Shown: positions 1 to 9,853 of the stretch, piece by piece
Numbering within the stretch: the first letter of the stretch is position 1
Layout of the letters: every line of letters begins with the position of its first letter
From: Planctomycetota bacterium
Lineage (GTDB): Bacteria; Planctomycetota; UBA1135; GCA-002686595
Length of the DNA stretch: 64,000 nucleotides
Direction of reading: 5' to 3'
Assembly: GCA_014238415.1 (NCBI GenBank)
Contig: JABABA010000024.1
Location: 499 to 64,498 of the forward strand
Translations under genes and position numbers: made by a program
The notes under the pieces: model-generated
The model's input: only the letters and a program-made list of their open reading frames with translations
Databases searched by the model: none
Told to the model about the DNA's origin: nothing

Positions 1-650
1 CCCGCATCGATAGCCAGATCGGCACCTCTTCGGGGCCCGCGGTCCTGGTGCGGCGGCTGGCCATCCAATCGGGGACCGCGACGCACGACTTTGATCTGGT
101 CTGGAAGACCATGCGCGATCAATGGGCGTGTTTTTCTGCCGAGCTCTTGGACATGCGCTATGTCACCTACCACGACTTGAGCTACTCGGTCTCTCTTTCA
201 CGAACCTTTGCTGTGCAACCAGAGGTTTTTGACAGGGTGCGTTCGTGGATCCACGAGGTGCGAGCCAGCTTCGATGTGCAGCCCCTCACCAAGAATCATG
301 AATTGGGCCTCGACACCGAAATCGATCGCCTTGAGGGACTTCTCGACCGCTTCCAACGAGCCTATGAGGGAGATCCTGCCGCTCTGCTGCATCTGCTGCC
401 CGAGCCCGGTCAACGGGACATGAGCGACTGGATCCTGCTCATGCGGGCGCAGCGCATCGCAGGAGATCTGACCGCCGCTCACGCAACCCTCAATGCCATC
501 GATGCTATTGATGCCGAAGACCCCGACTGGCTCGCCCTGGAAAGAGCCCTGCTCGAACAAGCCGAAGGCAGCCCCGCAGGCCTCAAGGCCCTGCAGGAAA
601 CCGGCACGGGCTGGGTTGCCCTGCGGGCACGAGAACTGCTCGGGGGCTAG
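1..650 (+). CDS. hypothetical protein, C-terminal fragment (frame open to the left window edge)
   Basis: Frame 3 is open from nt 3 to TAG at 648-650. The listed ORF 48..650 begins at an internal GTG. The product is helical and Leu/Ala/Asp-rich, and I recognised no motif. Confidence 0.45.
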   Translation, partial: RIDSQIGTSSGPAVLVRRLAIQSGTATHDFDLVWKTMRDQWACFSAELLDMRYVTYHDLSYSVSLSRTFAVQPEVFDRVRSWIHEVRASFDVQPLTKNHELGLDTEIDRLEGLLDRFQRAYEGDPAALLHLLPEPGQRDMSDWILLMRAQRIAGDLTAAHATLNAIDAIDAEDPDWLALERALLEQAEGSPAGLKALQETGTGWVALRARELLGG

Positions 651-662
651 CTTGCTGCCCCC
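642..662. terminator. GC hairpin between convergent genes (possible bidirectional terminator)
   Basis: A gggggc (642-647) / gccccc (657-662) stem with a 9-nt loop lies between the stop at 650 and the guaA stop at 672. There is no clear U-tract. Confidence 0.3.
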
Positions 663-671
663 CCACGCCCC

Positions 672-2222
672 TCACTCCCACTCAATCGTCGCCGGTGGCT
701 TGCTGGAGATGTCCAGCACCACCCGGTTGATGCCGCGCACTTCGTTGATGATGCGACTGGAGATGGTGCGCAGCACATCGTGGGGCAGGTAGCACCAGTC
801 GGCGGTCATGCCGTCCTGGCTTGATACGGCGCGGATCGCGCAGGCGTCTTCATAGGTGCGGGCGTCGCCCATGACACCGACCGACTTGGTGGGCAGCAGC
901 ACGGCGAAGTACTGCCAGAGTTCCTTGTGGCAGCCAGCCTTCTCCACTTCGAACCGCACGATGGCATCCGCTTCGCGCAGGATGGCGCAGCGCTCTTCGG
1001 TGATGTCGCCCAGGATGCGCACGGCGAGGCCGGGGCCGGGGAACGGCTGCCGCATGAGAATGCGCTCGTCGAGACCCATGTGGGCTCCTACCCGGCGCAC
1101 TTCGTCTTTGAACAATTCCCGCAGGGGCTCAACCAACTCCATGTCCAGGTCATCCGGAAGGCCGCCCACATTGTGATGCGACTTGATCTTGGCAGTATTG
1201 CCACCGTGCACAGCGACAGACTCGATCACATCGGGATAGAGGGTGCCCTGGCCCAGGAAGTTGGCATGGGAGAATCGTTTTGCCTCCTCACGAAAGACCT
1301 CAATGAACTCATGGCCGATGATTTTCCGCTTGCGCTCGGGATCGCTGACTCCGCCGAGCTTGGAGAGAAAGCGATCTCTGGCGTCCACGGTGCAAAGGTC
1401 CATGCCCAGGTGTTCGGCAAATGCCTCTTGAACCACCTCGCATTCGCCCTTCCGCAGGAGTCCGTTGTCCACAAAAATGCAATGCAGGCGCTCGCCAATG
1501 GCCTTGTGCACGATCAGGGCCGCCACGGCGGAATCAACGCCACCGGACAGACCCAGGACGACCTCTCCCTGCTCGCCCACCAGGTTCCGAACCGCCTCGA
1601 TTTCGCGCTCGACGATTGAACCCGCGTTCCAGTCCCCAGGCAGTTCACACACATCGAGCACAAAGTTGCTCAAAACCTCCTGGCCTCGCACGCTATGTGA
1701 GACTTCAGGGTGAAACTGCACTCCATAGAATCTTCGAGCAGGATCCCCGACAGCGGCGTAGGGGCAGGTGTCCGAGTGGGCGTAGGCCGCGAAGCCGGCA
1801 GGCAGACGGACGACTTTGTCCCCGTGACTCATCCAGACCACTGTGGGCGCGTCGAAGCCGCTGAACAACCCCGTTCTCTGGTCGACCTCGATCCGCGTGT
1901 GACCGAACTCGCGCTGACCCGAGCCCTCGACATCTCCCCCAAGGGTCTGGCACATCCACTGAAGTCCATAGCAGATACCCAGCACAGGGACATTCATCTC
2001 GAGCAACTCAGGAGGAACATCCGGCGCATCTTCCGCGTAGACCGATGCAGGGCCACCGGAAAGAATGATCCCCGCCAGATCCATCCTCTTGGCGGCGGAG
2101 AGAGCCGTGCGGGGAGGGTGGATTTCACACCAGGCACCAGCCTCACGCACTCGTCGGGCGATCAGCTGGGCGTACTGGGTACCAAGGTCAACGATAAGAA
2201 GACCGCGCAGGATGTCGCTCAT
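672..2222 (-). CDS. guaA: GMP synthase (glutamine-hydrolysing)
   Basis: 516 aa. It has an N-terminal class-I amidotransferase (GICYGLQ, HPEV), the ATP-PPase loop SGGVDS, and the typical C-terminus KPPATIEWE. Its ATG overlaps the guaB stop (ATGA). Confidence 0.97.
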   Translation of the reverse strand: MSDILRGLLIVDLGTQYAQLIARRVREAGAWCEIHPPRTALSAAKRMDLAGIILSGGPASVYAEDAPDVPPELLEMNVPVLGICYGLQWMCQTLGGDVEGSGQREFGHTRIEVDQRTGLFSGFDAPTVVWMSHGDKVVRLPAGFAAYAHSDTCPYAAVGDPARRFYGVQFHPEVSHSVRGQEVLSNFVLDVCELPGDWNAGSIVEREIEAVRNLVGEQGEVVLGLSGGVDSAVAALIVHKAIGERLHCIFVDNGLLRKGECEVVQEAFAEHLGMDLCTVDARDRFLSKLGGVSDPERKRKIIGHEFIEVFREEAKRFSHANFLGQGTLYPDVIESVAVHGGNTAKIKSHHNVGGLPDDLDMELVEPLRELFKDEVRRVGAHMGLDERILMRQPFPGPGLAVRILGDITEERCAILREADAIVRFEVEKAGCHKELWQYFAVLLPTKSVGVMGDARTYEDACAIRAVSSQDGMTADWCYLPHDVLRTISSRIINEVRGINRVVLDISSKPPATIEWE

Positions 2223-3670
2223 TCGTGGTGGTAGTTGCTGGATTCCTTGGTGATCTGCACGTCATGGGGATGGCTCTCCCGAACTCCAGCAGCGGTGATA
2301 CGCACAAAGCGAGCACGCTCGGGTAATTCACTGATACTCCCCGCACCGCAGTACCCCAGACCGGCTCGCACTCCGCCACACAGCTGATAGACATAGGAGG
2401 AAAGCTGCCCCTTGTAAGGCACCATGCCTTCGATGCCCTCTGCCACGAGTTTCTTGGCATCGGTCACATGTGCCTGGCGGTAGCGTTCTTTCGAGCCCTC
2501 GGTCATGGCTCCCAAGGAGCCCATACCACGCACACTCTTGAAGGAGCGACCCTGGTAGACAAAGGTCTCACCAGGGGACTCTTCAAGTCCGGCGAAGAGA
2601 CTGCCCAACATCACGCAGGACGCACCTGCCGCGAGAGCCTTGACCGCATCCCCCGAATAGCGGACGCCACCATCGGCGATCACTGGGATGCCGCTGCCAG
2701 CAAGAGCGTCAGCCACCTCCATCACGGCACTCAGCTGGGGCACTCCAATGCCCGCAACCACTCGGGTGGTACAAATCGAACCAGGTCCGATGCCCACCTT
2801 GACCCCGTCTGCACCCGCCTCGACCAAAGCCAGGGCGGCTTCGCCGGTGGCCACGTTACCAGCCACGATGTCCACCTCCGGCAAGGTCTCCTTGAGCTTG
2901 CTCACGGTCTCGGTCACATTGGTAGTGTGTCCGTGGGCGGTGTCCACAACCAGCACATCCACCCCAGCCTGTGCCAGAGCAGTGGCTCGCTCGTAGTCGT
3001 GCACTCCGATGGCGGCGCCCACAGCCAGTCGCCCGCGCGAATCGAAAGCGGAGTTCGGGAATGCCTCAAGCATGTCGATGTCCTTGCGGGTTATCAGACC
3101 GCGCAGACGATGGGCATCATCCCAGATGATCAGTTTTTCCACCCGATGCTCGTTAAGCAAGGTTGCCGCCTGCGAGAGGCTGGTGCCCGGAGGGGCGGCA
3201 ATCAAATTCTCCGTGGTCATCACCTCAGCCACGGGCTTCTCGTCGGGCTCTCCAAAGGAAGTGTCTCGACGAGTCAAAATGCCCACCACGGTTTCCCCCT
3301 CAACGATGGGCAGACCGGAGATGCTCATTGTGCTCATGATTTCCCGCGCCTGGCCCAGACTTGCACTGGGGGCCAAGGTCACCGGATCCTCAATCACTCC
3401 ATTGGCGGATCGTTTGACTTTATCCACCTGGACCACCTGTTCTTCGACGCTGAGATTGCGATGAACGATGCCAATGCCACCCTCGCGGGCAAGAGCCACC
3501 GCCAGACGCCATTCGGTCACTGTGTCCATGGCCGAAGAGCTCAACGGAATGTTCACCTGAACACGGCGGCTAAAGCGCGTGACGAGGCTGACCTGGCTGG
3601 GCAGCACATCCGAGTGCATGGGCGCCAGGAGGACGTCGTCAAAAGTCAGGGCCAGGGGGATTTCGGGCAT
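2219..3670 (-). CDS. guaB: IMP dehydrogenase
   Basis: It has the [10 protein letters not shown]-terminus, a tandem CBS insert and the catalytic loop [12 protein letters not shown] moved the start to ATG 3670 ([12 protein letters not shown]). The 40-codon upstream extension of the listed ORF has no IMPDH counterpart. Confidence 0.96.
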   Translation of the reverse strand: MPEIPLALTFDDVLLAPMHSDVLPSQVSLVTRFSRRVQVNIPLSSSAMDTVTEWRLAVALAREGGIGIVHRNLSVEEQVVQVDKVKRSANGVIEDPVTLAPSASLGQAREIMSTMSISGLPIVEGETVVGILTRRDTSFGEPDEKPVAEVMTTENLIAAPPGTSLSQAATLLNEHRVEKLIIWDDAHRLRGLITRKDIDMLEAFPNSAFDSRGRLAVGAAIGVHDYERATALAQAGVDVLVVDTAHGHTTNVTETVSKLKETLPEVDIVAGNVATGEAALALVEAGADGVKVGIGPGSICTTRVVAGIGVPQLSAVMEVADALAGSGIPVIADGGVRYSGDAVKALAAGASCVMLGSLFAGLEESPGETFVYQGRSFKSVRGMGSLGAMTEGSKERYRQAHVTDAKKLVAEGIEGMVPYKGQLSSYVYQLCGGVRAGLGYCGAGSISELPERARFVRITAAGVRESHPHDVQITKESSNYHHE

Positions 3671-4116
3671 AGAGCAGTCTAACCGAAGCAGCGCCCCCTT
3701 TCCAAGGCACAAGCCTGCTTCCGCTCCGCAAGCCCACTGAAGACCAGCGCCAATGACAGAAATCCTGACTCCCCGGGGCGGTTCGGGCATGACCGGTGAA
3801 CCCGGTCAGACTTGCTCCGACGGGAGCGAGAACGCGAACACAAGGCGCAACCAAAGAAACGGGGGAAACGACGGCCTGCAGACCGCGGGCCCACGCTCCT
3901 GGTCTGGTTGGAGACACTCTCTCGAACGTCCCCGCTCGGAGATCCTCCCAGAGCCAGGGCCTCCCGGACCCCATTGGGGGATCGTGGACCAAGTCCTTGG
4001 CATGTTGTTTCAATGCGAGACACGGAACGGGTGTTGCCCCGGCCCTCTCGGAAGCCGATAACTAAGGGACCAACCTGCGGCCAGAGCCACTCCTGCTGCT
4101 GCCCGCCCCACCTCCC

Positions 4117-6333
4117 ATGGAACCCACCCCCGTTGCCCTTGTGGGCGCAGGCTACATCGCCGACTTTCATCTGACCGCCCTGCGCGAGGATCCCGATGTC
4201 CGCGTAGTGGCGATCTGCGATCCGGACCTGGAACGAGCCCGGGCCATGGCGGCGGACCATTCTGTGCCCGAATGCGTAGGCGATCTGGCGGAATTGCCTG
4301 CTCTGGGAGCGCGGGTAGTTCACATCTGTACGCCTCCCGACCTGCACGCGCCTCTGATCAAGAAAGCTCTGGATGCTGGGCTGCATGTCTTTTGCGAAAA
4401 ACCCCTGGCCCTGTCTGAAGACGAGGCCAAGGACCTCTGTGCCCAGGCTCAGGCCAAGCGCTTGACCCTGGCGGTCAACCACAATAATGTGTTTCACCCG
4501 GCCTTCCGTCGTTTGGTGCAGAGAGTCCAAGCGGGAGAAATTGGACGCCTGCTGCATGTGCGTACGCAACTGGCCATGCCCATCGCACAGTTGGACGCAG
4601 AGCAGTACAGCCACTGGATGTTCCGAGCCGAGCGCAACATCATCTTCGAACAGGGAGTGCACCCCATCAGTCAGGTACAGCACCTGTTGGGGGCGCCAAA
4701 GTCCATCGAGACCAACATCCTGTCCAGCCGCGAGCTGCTGCCCGGCCAACAATTCCATGAACGCTTCAGCCTGGCGGTCAAGGCAGAACGCGGAACTGCC
4801 AGCCTGGACTTCTACTTCGGTGCTCCGGCAGCCCGCTGGAGCCTGGAAGTTCTGGGCACTGATGGATTCATTGAAGCAGACCTGCACCGCAATCTGGTCA
4901 GCGGTGAGCGCAAGACCCAGTCACTCGAAGCTTGGGACTCGTTTCTGGCCGGAAACCGCCGGGGCAAAGATCTCAGGCGCGATGCGCGCCGGGGCTTTTG
5001 GAACTGGTCGCTCTTCACCCTCAAACTGGGACCCCGACAAGACTCTTTCTTCTTGTCCATGCGCGACTCGATTCAGGCCTTCCACGCGTCTTTGCGGGGT
5101 GGACCCGCCTATCCCTCGAACGCAGAAGCAATCGTACAGGTCACCGCCTGGTGCGATGGCAGCGCGGGCGATCTGCCGAGCGCGCCAGCGGCCCAAGAAC
5201 CCTTCCCCGAGCCTGGACCGGCACGCACTGGTGAAGTGGTGATCACGGGAGCCTCGGGATTCATTGGACGCCGGGTGGTCCGACGACTGCTCGAACGCAA
5301 CACACCTGTCACCGCAGTGGTTCGGCGCCTGCACTCCCTACCCAGCGAACTGACCGAACCCGCCCAGGACGGCCGCCTGCGGTTGGTGCGCGCGGGCATG
5401 TTCGATGAGAACGCTTTGGGTCAAGCCTTCGCCGGTGCCCATTCAGTACTGCATCTGGCCACTGGAGGCGGTGACAGTTGGGAAGCCATCCAGGCCAACA
5501 TGATCGAGGGCGCACGAAATGTAGCGCGCATCGCCCGGGAAAACGGAGTCAAGCGTTTCACCTATTGCTCTTCCGTGGCGTCACTCTGCAACCGACCTGG
5601 CTTGGGACTCATCACCGACGATGAACCCACGGATGCACGTATTGACGAGCGCGAGATCTACTCAAGGGGCAAGGCCTACACCGAGCATGCCCTGACCCAG
5701 GACTTTGCCAGCGCTGACTGCGAGTTCCTGATCGCCCGACCCGGTGTTGTCATGGGACCGGGCACCCCCATGCAGCACCCAGGTCTGGGACTTTGGGTAC
5801 GAGACAACCATTGCGTCGGTTGGGGCCTGGGGCAGGATCCGCTTCCCTTCGTACATGTGGAGGATGTGGGCGAGGCCCTCGCACGCATGACGATTCACGA
5901 AGGGCCCGAACTCGACGGAAGAGCCCTCAACCTGGTAGCCAACATACCCCTCTCTGCCGCAGAAGCAGTGGCCGAGCTGTCCCATGCCACGGGCAGAGAC
6001 CTGCACTTCCACCCCCGGCGCTTTGCAATCAGTCAGGCCATGGAAATCGGCAAGTGGCTGGTGAAGAAAGCTGGCCGCCGCAAGGATGCACCGTTCCCCT
6101 CCTGGCACGACCTGCTCTCCCGCAGTCTGGCCCGGCCCTACACCTGCAATCTGTCCCGGGATGTGTTGGGCTGGACGCCCATGGAAGACAGACAGGACTT
6201 TGTGGAGCAGGCCCTTTGGATCTATGCCCCCGGGAAGGATGAGCGGTTAGCTCCAGAGGCCAACGGAAAGGCAACCCAGGCGCGCGAGCGCGAGGCAGCT
6301 TCAAAGCCCAAGACCTCTGCGGCGAATTCTTGA
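4117..6333 (+). CDS. bifunctional fusion: Gfo/Idh/MocA-family oxidoreductase (N) + extended-SDR NAD-dependent epimerase/dehydratase (C)
   Basis: The N-terminal Rossmann VALVGAGYIADFH plus EKPLALS are typical of Gfo/Idh/MocA. From about aa 375 there is VVITGASGFIGRRVV and a YxxxK (YSRGK) of extended SDRs. It is a single 738-aa frame with an ATG start. Confidence 0.85.
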   Translation: MEPTPVALVGAGYIADFHLTALREDPDVRVVAICDPDLERARAMAADHSVPECVGDLAELPALGARVVHICTPPDLHAPLIKKALDAGLHVFCEKPLALSEDEAKDLCAQAQAKRLTLAVNHNNVFHPAFRRLVQRVQAGEIGRLLHVRTQLAMPIAQLDAEQYSHWMFRAERNIIFEQGVHPISQVQHLLGAPKSIETNILSSRELLPGQQFHERFSLAVKAERGTASLDFYFGAPAARWSLEVLGTDGFIEADLHRNLVSGERKTQSLEAWDSFLAGNRRGKDLRRDARRGFWNWSLFTLKLGPRQDSFFLSMRDSIQAFHASLRGGPAYPSNAEAIVQVTAWCDGSAGDLPSAPAAQEPFPEPGPARTGEVVITGASGFIGRRVVRRLLERNTPVTAVVRRLHSLPSELTEPAQDGRLRLVRAGMFDENALGQAFAGAHSVLHLATGGGDSWEAIQANMIEGARNVARIARENGVKRFTYCSSVASLCNRPGLGLITDDEPTDARIDEREIYSRGKAYTEHALTQDFASADCEFLIARPGVVMGPGTPMQHPGLGLWVRDNHCVGWGLGQDPLPFVHVEDVGEALARMTIHEGPELDGRALNLVANIPLSAAEAVAELSHATGRDLHFHPRRFAISQAMEIGKWLVKKAGRRKDAPFPSWHDLLSRSLARPYTCNLSRDVLGWTPMEDRQDFVEQALWIYAPGKDERLAPEANGKATQAREREAASKPKTSAANS

Positions 6334-7469
6334 GAGCCCCCGTGCCCCACGCCCTGCACATTTTCAGCACCTTTGCCCCGGCTGGACCGGAGCTGCGCGC
6401 GGTGGAGTTGATCCAGGGTCTTGGGCCTGAGTACCGGCACACCATCGTAGCCATGGACGATTGCCTGGACGCGGCTGAACGCCTGGACCCTGGGATCAGG
6501 ACCCGCACCCTGCCTGGCCCTGGAACCAAACAAACAACAAGCGTGATTCGGTGGACCTGGAAGGCCCTGAAGAGAGAAAACCCCGACCTGCTCTTGACCT
6601 ACAACTGGGGTGCTTTTGATGCAGTCCTGGCCGCCCGCCTCAAGCGCTTCCCCCGGCATGTTCACCACGAGGACGGCTTCAACCTGGACGAAGCGCAAGG
6701 AGAGATTCCACGCCGTAGATTTCTGCGGCGGCTTGCCCTGCCCCGTGTGCAGCACCTGATTGTGCCCTCCGCACACTTGGAGCAACTGGCCCGTCAGTCC
6801 TGGAGTGTGCCCAGCCAGCGCCTTTCGCTGATCCCCAACGGAGTGGATACGCAGCGCTATTGCCCCCAGGACAAAACCATTCGCGACGGGCTGCGGCGAG
6901 AACTCGGCATCCCCACCAACGCCCGGGTAGTGGGCAGCGTGGCAGGCTATCGGCAAGTCAAACGCCTCGACCGCCTGATCCGCTCCTGCGCAAATCTGCC
7001 TCCGGACCCAAATGGGCGCGCAACACACTTGATTCTCATCGGAGACGGACCCGAGCGCCCAGCCCTCGAATCCCTGGCCGCCAGTCACCCCTGCCCCGGT
7101 GGAAAGGTCCACCTGCTCGGCTTTCGAGACGACCTGCCGAAGTACTACGCCGCGATGGATGTCTTCGCCCTGACATCCGCTTCGGAACAACAACCAATCT
7201 CCCTGCTGGAAGCGATGGGCTCGGGCCTGCCCACCGTCTGCACGGACGTGGGAGACATCAAGGCCACCCTGGGGGAATCCGGGCAGGGAGCGTTGATCGA
7301 GCCCAATGCCTCTGACCTGGAAGCCCAATTCACCAGCGCCCTGCAGCGAGTCCTTGCTGACCCCGCCGATCGAGGTACTCAAGGCAGAGAACGCGTCCAA
7401 GCAACCTACAGCAGCCAGACCATGCTCGCGGCCTACAGACGCGTCTACGAGGGAGCCATGCAAGCATGA
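6330..7469 (+). CDS. glycosyltransferase, GT4-like (GT-B fold)
   Basis: It has the C-terminal E-x7-E region EQQPISLLEAMGSGLPTVCTDVGD. The TTG start overlaps the upstream TGA, and a GTG at 6342 is an alternative start. Confidence 0.85.
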   Translation: MRAPVPHALHIFSTFAPAGPELRAVELIQGLGPEYRHTIVAMDDCLDAAERLDPGIRTRTLPGPGTKQTTSVIRWTWKALKRENPDLLLTYNWGAFDAVLAARLKRFPRHVHHEDGFNLDEAQGEIPRRRFLRRLALPRVQHLIVPSAHLEQLARQSWSVPSQRLSLIPNGVDTQRYCPQDKTIRDGLRRELGIPTNARVVGSVAGYRQVKRLDRLIRSCANLPPDPNGRATHLILIGDGPERPALESLAASHPCPGGKVHLLGFRDDLPKYYAAMDVFALTSASEQQPISLLEAMGSGLPTVCTDVGDIKATLGESGQGALIEPNASDLEAQFTSALQRVLADPADRGTQGRERVQATYSSQTMLAAYRRVYEGAMQA

Positions 7470-8056
7470 CCAATCCCCCTAAGAACCCAACTCCCTTTCC
7501 GCCCTTCACGCAGCACTCCAGCGAACGCATTTACGATTCCCCCTGGTGCGGCCTTCGGCGGGATATGGTCACTCTGCCATCGGGAAAATTGCAGGAGTAC
7601 CATGTGCTGGAAATCGGTCCGGCGGTGACCGTTGTACCGGTGCTGCCCGATGGAAGAGTGCTCCTGATCGGCCAGTACCGCTATCCCCATGGAAAAACCC
7701 ATTGGGAACTACCTGCGGGGCGCTTGGAGCCGGACGAGAAAGAGGACGCCGCGGCCAAAAGGGAACTCCTCGAGGAAACCGGCTATGCCCCCGACCAACT
7801 CCTGCCCCTGCCCGGCTTCTATCCCACAAACGGCATAAGCGCACACCATGCCAGTGCCTTCGTGGCCACCGGCTGCAAGCAGATCGCCAAGCCCACCCCC
7901 GACTCGGCGGAGCAGATCACCGTCGCCCTTTTCAGCCGGGAAGAAGTGGAAGCCCTGCTCGATGCGGGCCAGATCCAGGATGCTTTCGCGGCACTGCCCC
8001 TGCTCTATTGGCTGCGCGGAACGCACCTCCAAAAAACCTCTTGCCCGGCTTCTTAG
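7466..8056 (+). CDS. Nudix hydrolase (ADP-ribose / NDP-sugar pyrophosphatase-like)
   Basis: It has a complete Nudix box, GRLEPDEKEDAAAKRELLEETGY (Gx5Ex7REUxEExGU). Its start overlaps the GT4 stop (ATGA). Confidence 0.9.
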   Translation: MTNPPKNPTPFPPFTQHSSERIYDSPWCGLRRDMVTLPSGKLQEYHVLEIGPAVTVVPVLPDGRVLLIGQYRYPHGKTHWELPAGRLEPDEKEDAAAKRELLEETGYAPDQLLPLPGFYPTNGISAHHASAFVATGCKQIAKPTPDSAEQITVALFSREEVEALLDAGQIQDAFAALPLLYWLRGTHLQKTSCPAS

Positions 8057-8098
8057 GACCTGACGGATGGCCCTCCGGCAGGCACAATAGCGCCCGCC

Positions 8099-8899
8099 AT
8101 GAGACGCCGATTCCGCCGCCGCCAACGCCTGGGCCAGTACCGCATTGAAAAATGTCTGGCAGTGGGTGGTTTCGCGGAGGTCTACCAGGCCCACGACACG
8201 GTAGAGGGCATCAATGTGGCACTCAAGATCCCGCACCGGCACCTGACTGACAAAGAGAACATGGCAGCCTTCAAGAAAGAGGTGCGCATGGTGGCAGGAC
8301 TCGACCACCCGGGAATTTTGGGGATCAAGACCGCTGGACAAGTGGACGGCACCTTCGTTGTGGTCAGTTCTCTTGCTCAGGAAACTCTGGGCGACCGCAT
8401 GACCCGCCGCATGGCACGCAGCAAGGTGCTGGAAATCACAGGCGAGTTGCTTGAGGCACTGGCATATGCCCACAAGCGCAAGGTTGTGCACTGTGATGTG
8501 AAGCCCGAGAACATCTTGCTCTTTCCAGATCAGAAAGTTCGCCTGGCTGACTTCGGGCTGGCTCGTCTGGCCCTGCGGACGATCGACGCCTCGGGCTCTG
8601 GCACGCTTGGATACATGGCTCCCGAACAGGCCCTGGGGCGACCGTCCCTGCGCTCGGATGTCTTTTCCGCGGGAGTCGTGCTCTGGCGCCTGCTCGGAGG
8701 AACACAACCGGAATGGCCTTTCCATTGGCCCCATCCGAGCTATGAAAAGGTCCAGCGCAACTGGAGCGAAGCCATGGTCGAAATCGCGCGCAAGGCAACA
8801 AGGGTGGAAGAAGAGAAACGATACAGAGATGCAGGAGCCATGCTGCGCGCCTTCAAACGAGCCGCTCCGGACGCAATCGCAACCCGGAGGCGTCTGTGA
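8099..8899 (+). CDS. Ser/Thr protein kinase, kinase domain only (cytosolic)
   Basis: It has the Hanks motifs VALK, HCDVKPENILL, DFGLAR and GTLGYMAPEQ. It is 266 aa with no TM segment or sensor domain. Confidence 0.9.
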   Translation: MRRRFRRRQRLGQYRIEKCLAVGGFAEVYQAHDTVEGINVALKIPHRHLTDKENMAAFKKEVRMVAGLDHPGILGIKTAGQVDGTFVVVSSLAQETLGDRMTRRMARSKVLEITGELLEALAYAHKRKVVHCDVKPENILLFPDQKVRLADFGLARLALRTIDASGSGTLGYMAPEQALGRPSLRSDVFSAGVVLWRLLGGTQPEWPFHWPHPSYEKVQRNWSEAMVEIARKATRVEEEKRYRDAGAMLRAFKRAAPDAIATRRRL

Positions 8900-9702
8900 C
8901 AACTGTTGGAGAAAGGCTCTTCGAAGCCAACCTGTCGACCCCTCTGCAATTCGAGTGCGCCTGGGGCGAAGTGCAATTGCTCTGCCAATGCCACCCCCTG
9001 CGAGAGCCGAACCAGGACTCCTGTCTGTGTTTGGACCTGGGACCAGATGGACTGCTACTGGCAGTAGCCGATGGCATGGGTGGACACCGCCACGGACAGA
9101 TCGCCTCGCGCCTGGCACTGGAGTCAATCGAAGAGCAGGTGATCCTCTCCCTGGAGGACGAGCGGGGTCTACGCGTAGGAGTGATGGATGGATTTGAGCT
9201 GGCCCAGACCAAGGTCCAGGATCTGGGTTCCGGTGCGGGCACCACACTGGTGGTTGCTACCATCGATCAAGAGGGCCTGCGCTCCTTCCACACCGGAGAC
9301 TCCATGGCCCTGTTGCTGGGCGGGCGAGGGTTGATCAAGCACCAGACCCTCGATCATTCCCCAACGGCATACGCCCTGCGCGCCGGTTTGATCGAAGAGT
9401 CAGAACTTCTCTCCCACCCAGACCGACATGTGCTCCTGTCTGCCATCGGCCACCCAGGCTTGCAGATCGACGTGGGACCAGCAGTGCCCCTGGCTGTGCA
9501 GGACACCCTGCTGTTGGCCTCGGACGGATTGACCGACAACCTGACCACCGACGAAATTGTGCGACTCACCAGTCGGGGAACTCCTGGAGAGATCTGCGCG
9601 AGCCTGGGAGAGAGGACCCGGGCCAGCATGCTGGCCACCGACGACAGCGGAAAACCAGATGATCTGTCCCTGATGCTCTTCCGGCCGAAATCCGCGACCT
9701 AG
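8896..9702 (+). CDS. PP2C-family Ser/Thr phosphatase
   Basis: It has AVADGMGGHRHGQIAS and LLLASDGLTDNL. The GTG start overlaps the kinase stop (GTGA). Confidence 0.88.
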   Translation: MTTVGERLFEANLSTPLQFECAWGEVQLLCQCHPLREPNQDSCLCLDLGPDGLLLAVADGMGGHRHGQIASRLALESIEEQVILSLEDERGLRVGVMDGFELAQTKVQDLGSGAGTTLVVATIDQEGLRSFHTGDSMALLLGGRGLIKHQTLDHSPTAYALRAGLIEESELLSHPDRHVLLSAIGHPGLQIDVGPAVPLAVQDTLLLASDGLTDNLTTDEIVRLTSRGTPGEICASLGERTRASMLATDDSGKPDDLSLMLFRPKSAT

Positions 9703-9853
9703 CAGGGACAAGTCCCCTCCCGGGGCCTAGGAAGGCCATTTCCTGGCCCGGGGCCAGCCCTGGTAGCCAAGAAAACGCCTTGGGCAGCACGAGCCGGCCA
9801 ATTCGGGCGATGGCCTACAGATCGCCCCTGGGGTGGGTCGATTTCAACCTCTC

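Noticed and set aside
3795-3830. An SRP-RNA-like string, GTGAACCCGGTCAGAC...GCTCCGACGGGAGC.
   Set aside because: The domain IV core (GGUCCGGAAGGAAGCAGC with a GNRA loop) is not present, because the loop here is GACG. The flanking sequence does not form the expected long helix.
3679-4887. A 402-aa minus-strand ORF overlapping the guaB upstream region and the oxidoreductase gene.
   Set aside because: It is antisense to a well-supported Gfo/Idh/MocA domain. Its composition is low-complexity and it has no recognisable family features.
6222-7463. A 413-aa minus-strand ORF opposite the GT4 gene.
   Set aside because: It is a shadow ORF. The plus-strand frame carries the GT4 E-x7-E motif and is translationally coupled to its neighbours.
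7709-9247. A 512-aa ORF on the minus strand spanning the Nudix, kinase and PP2C genes.
   Set aside because: It lies antisense to three genes with unmistakable catalytic motifs. Its product is Arg/Pro/Gly/Ala-rich with no motif. This is the classic long shadow ORF of a high-G+C genome.
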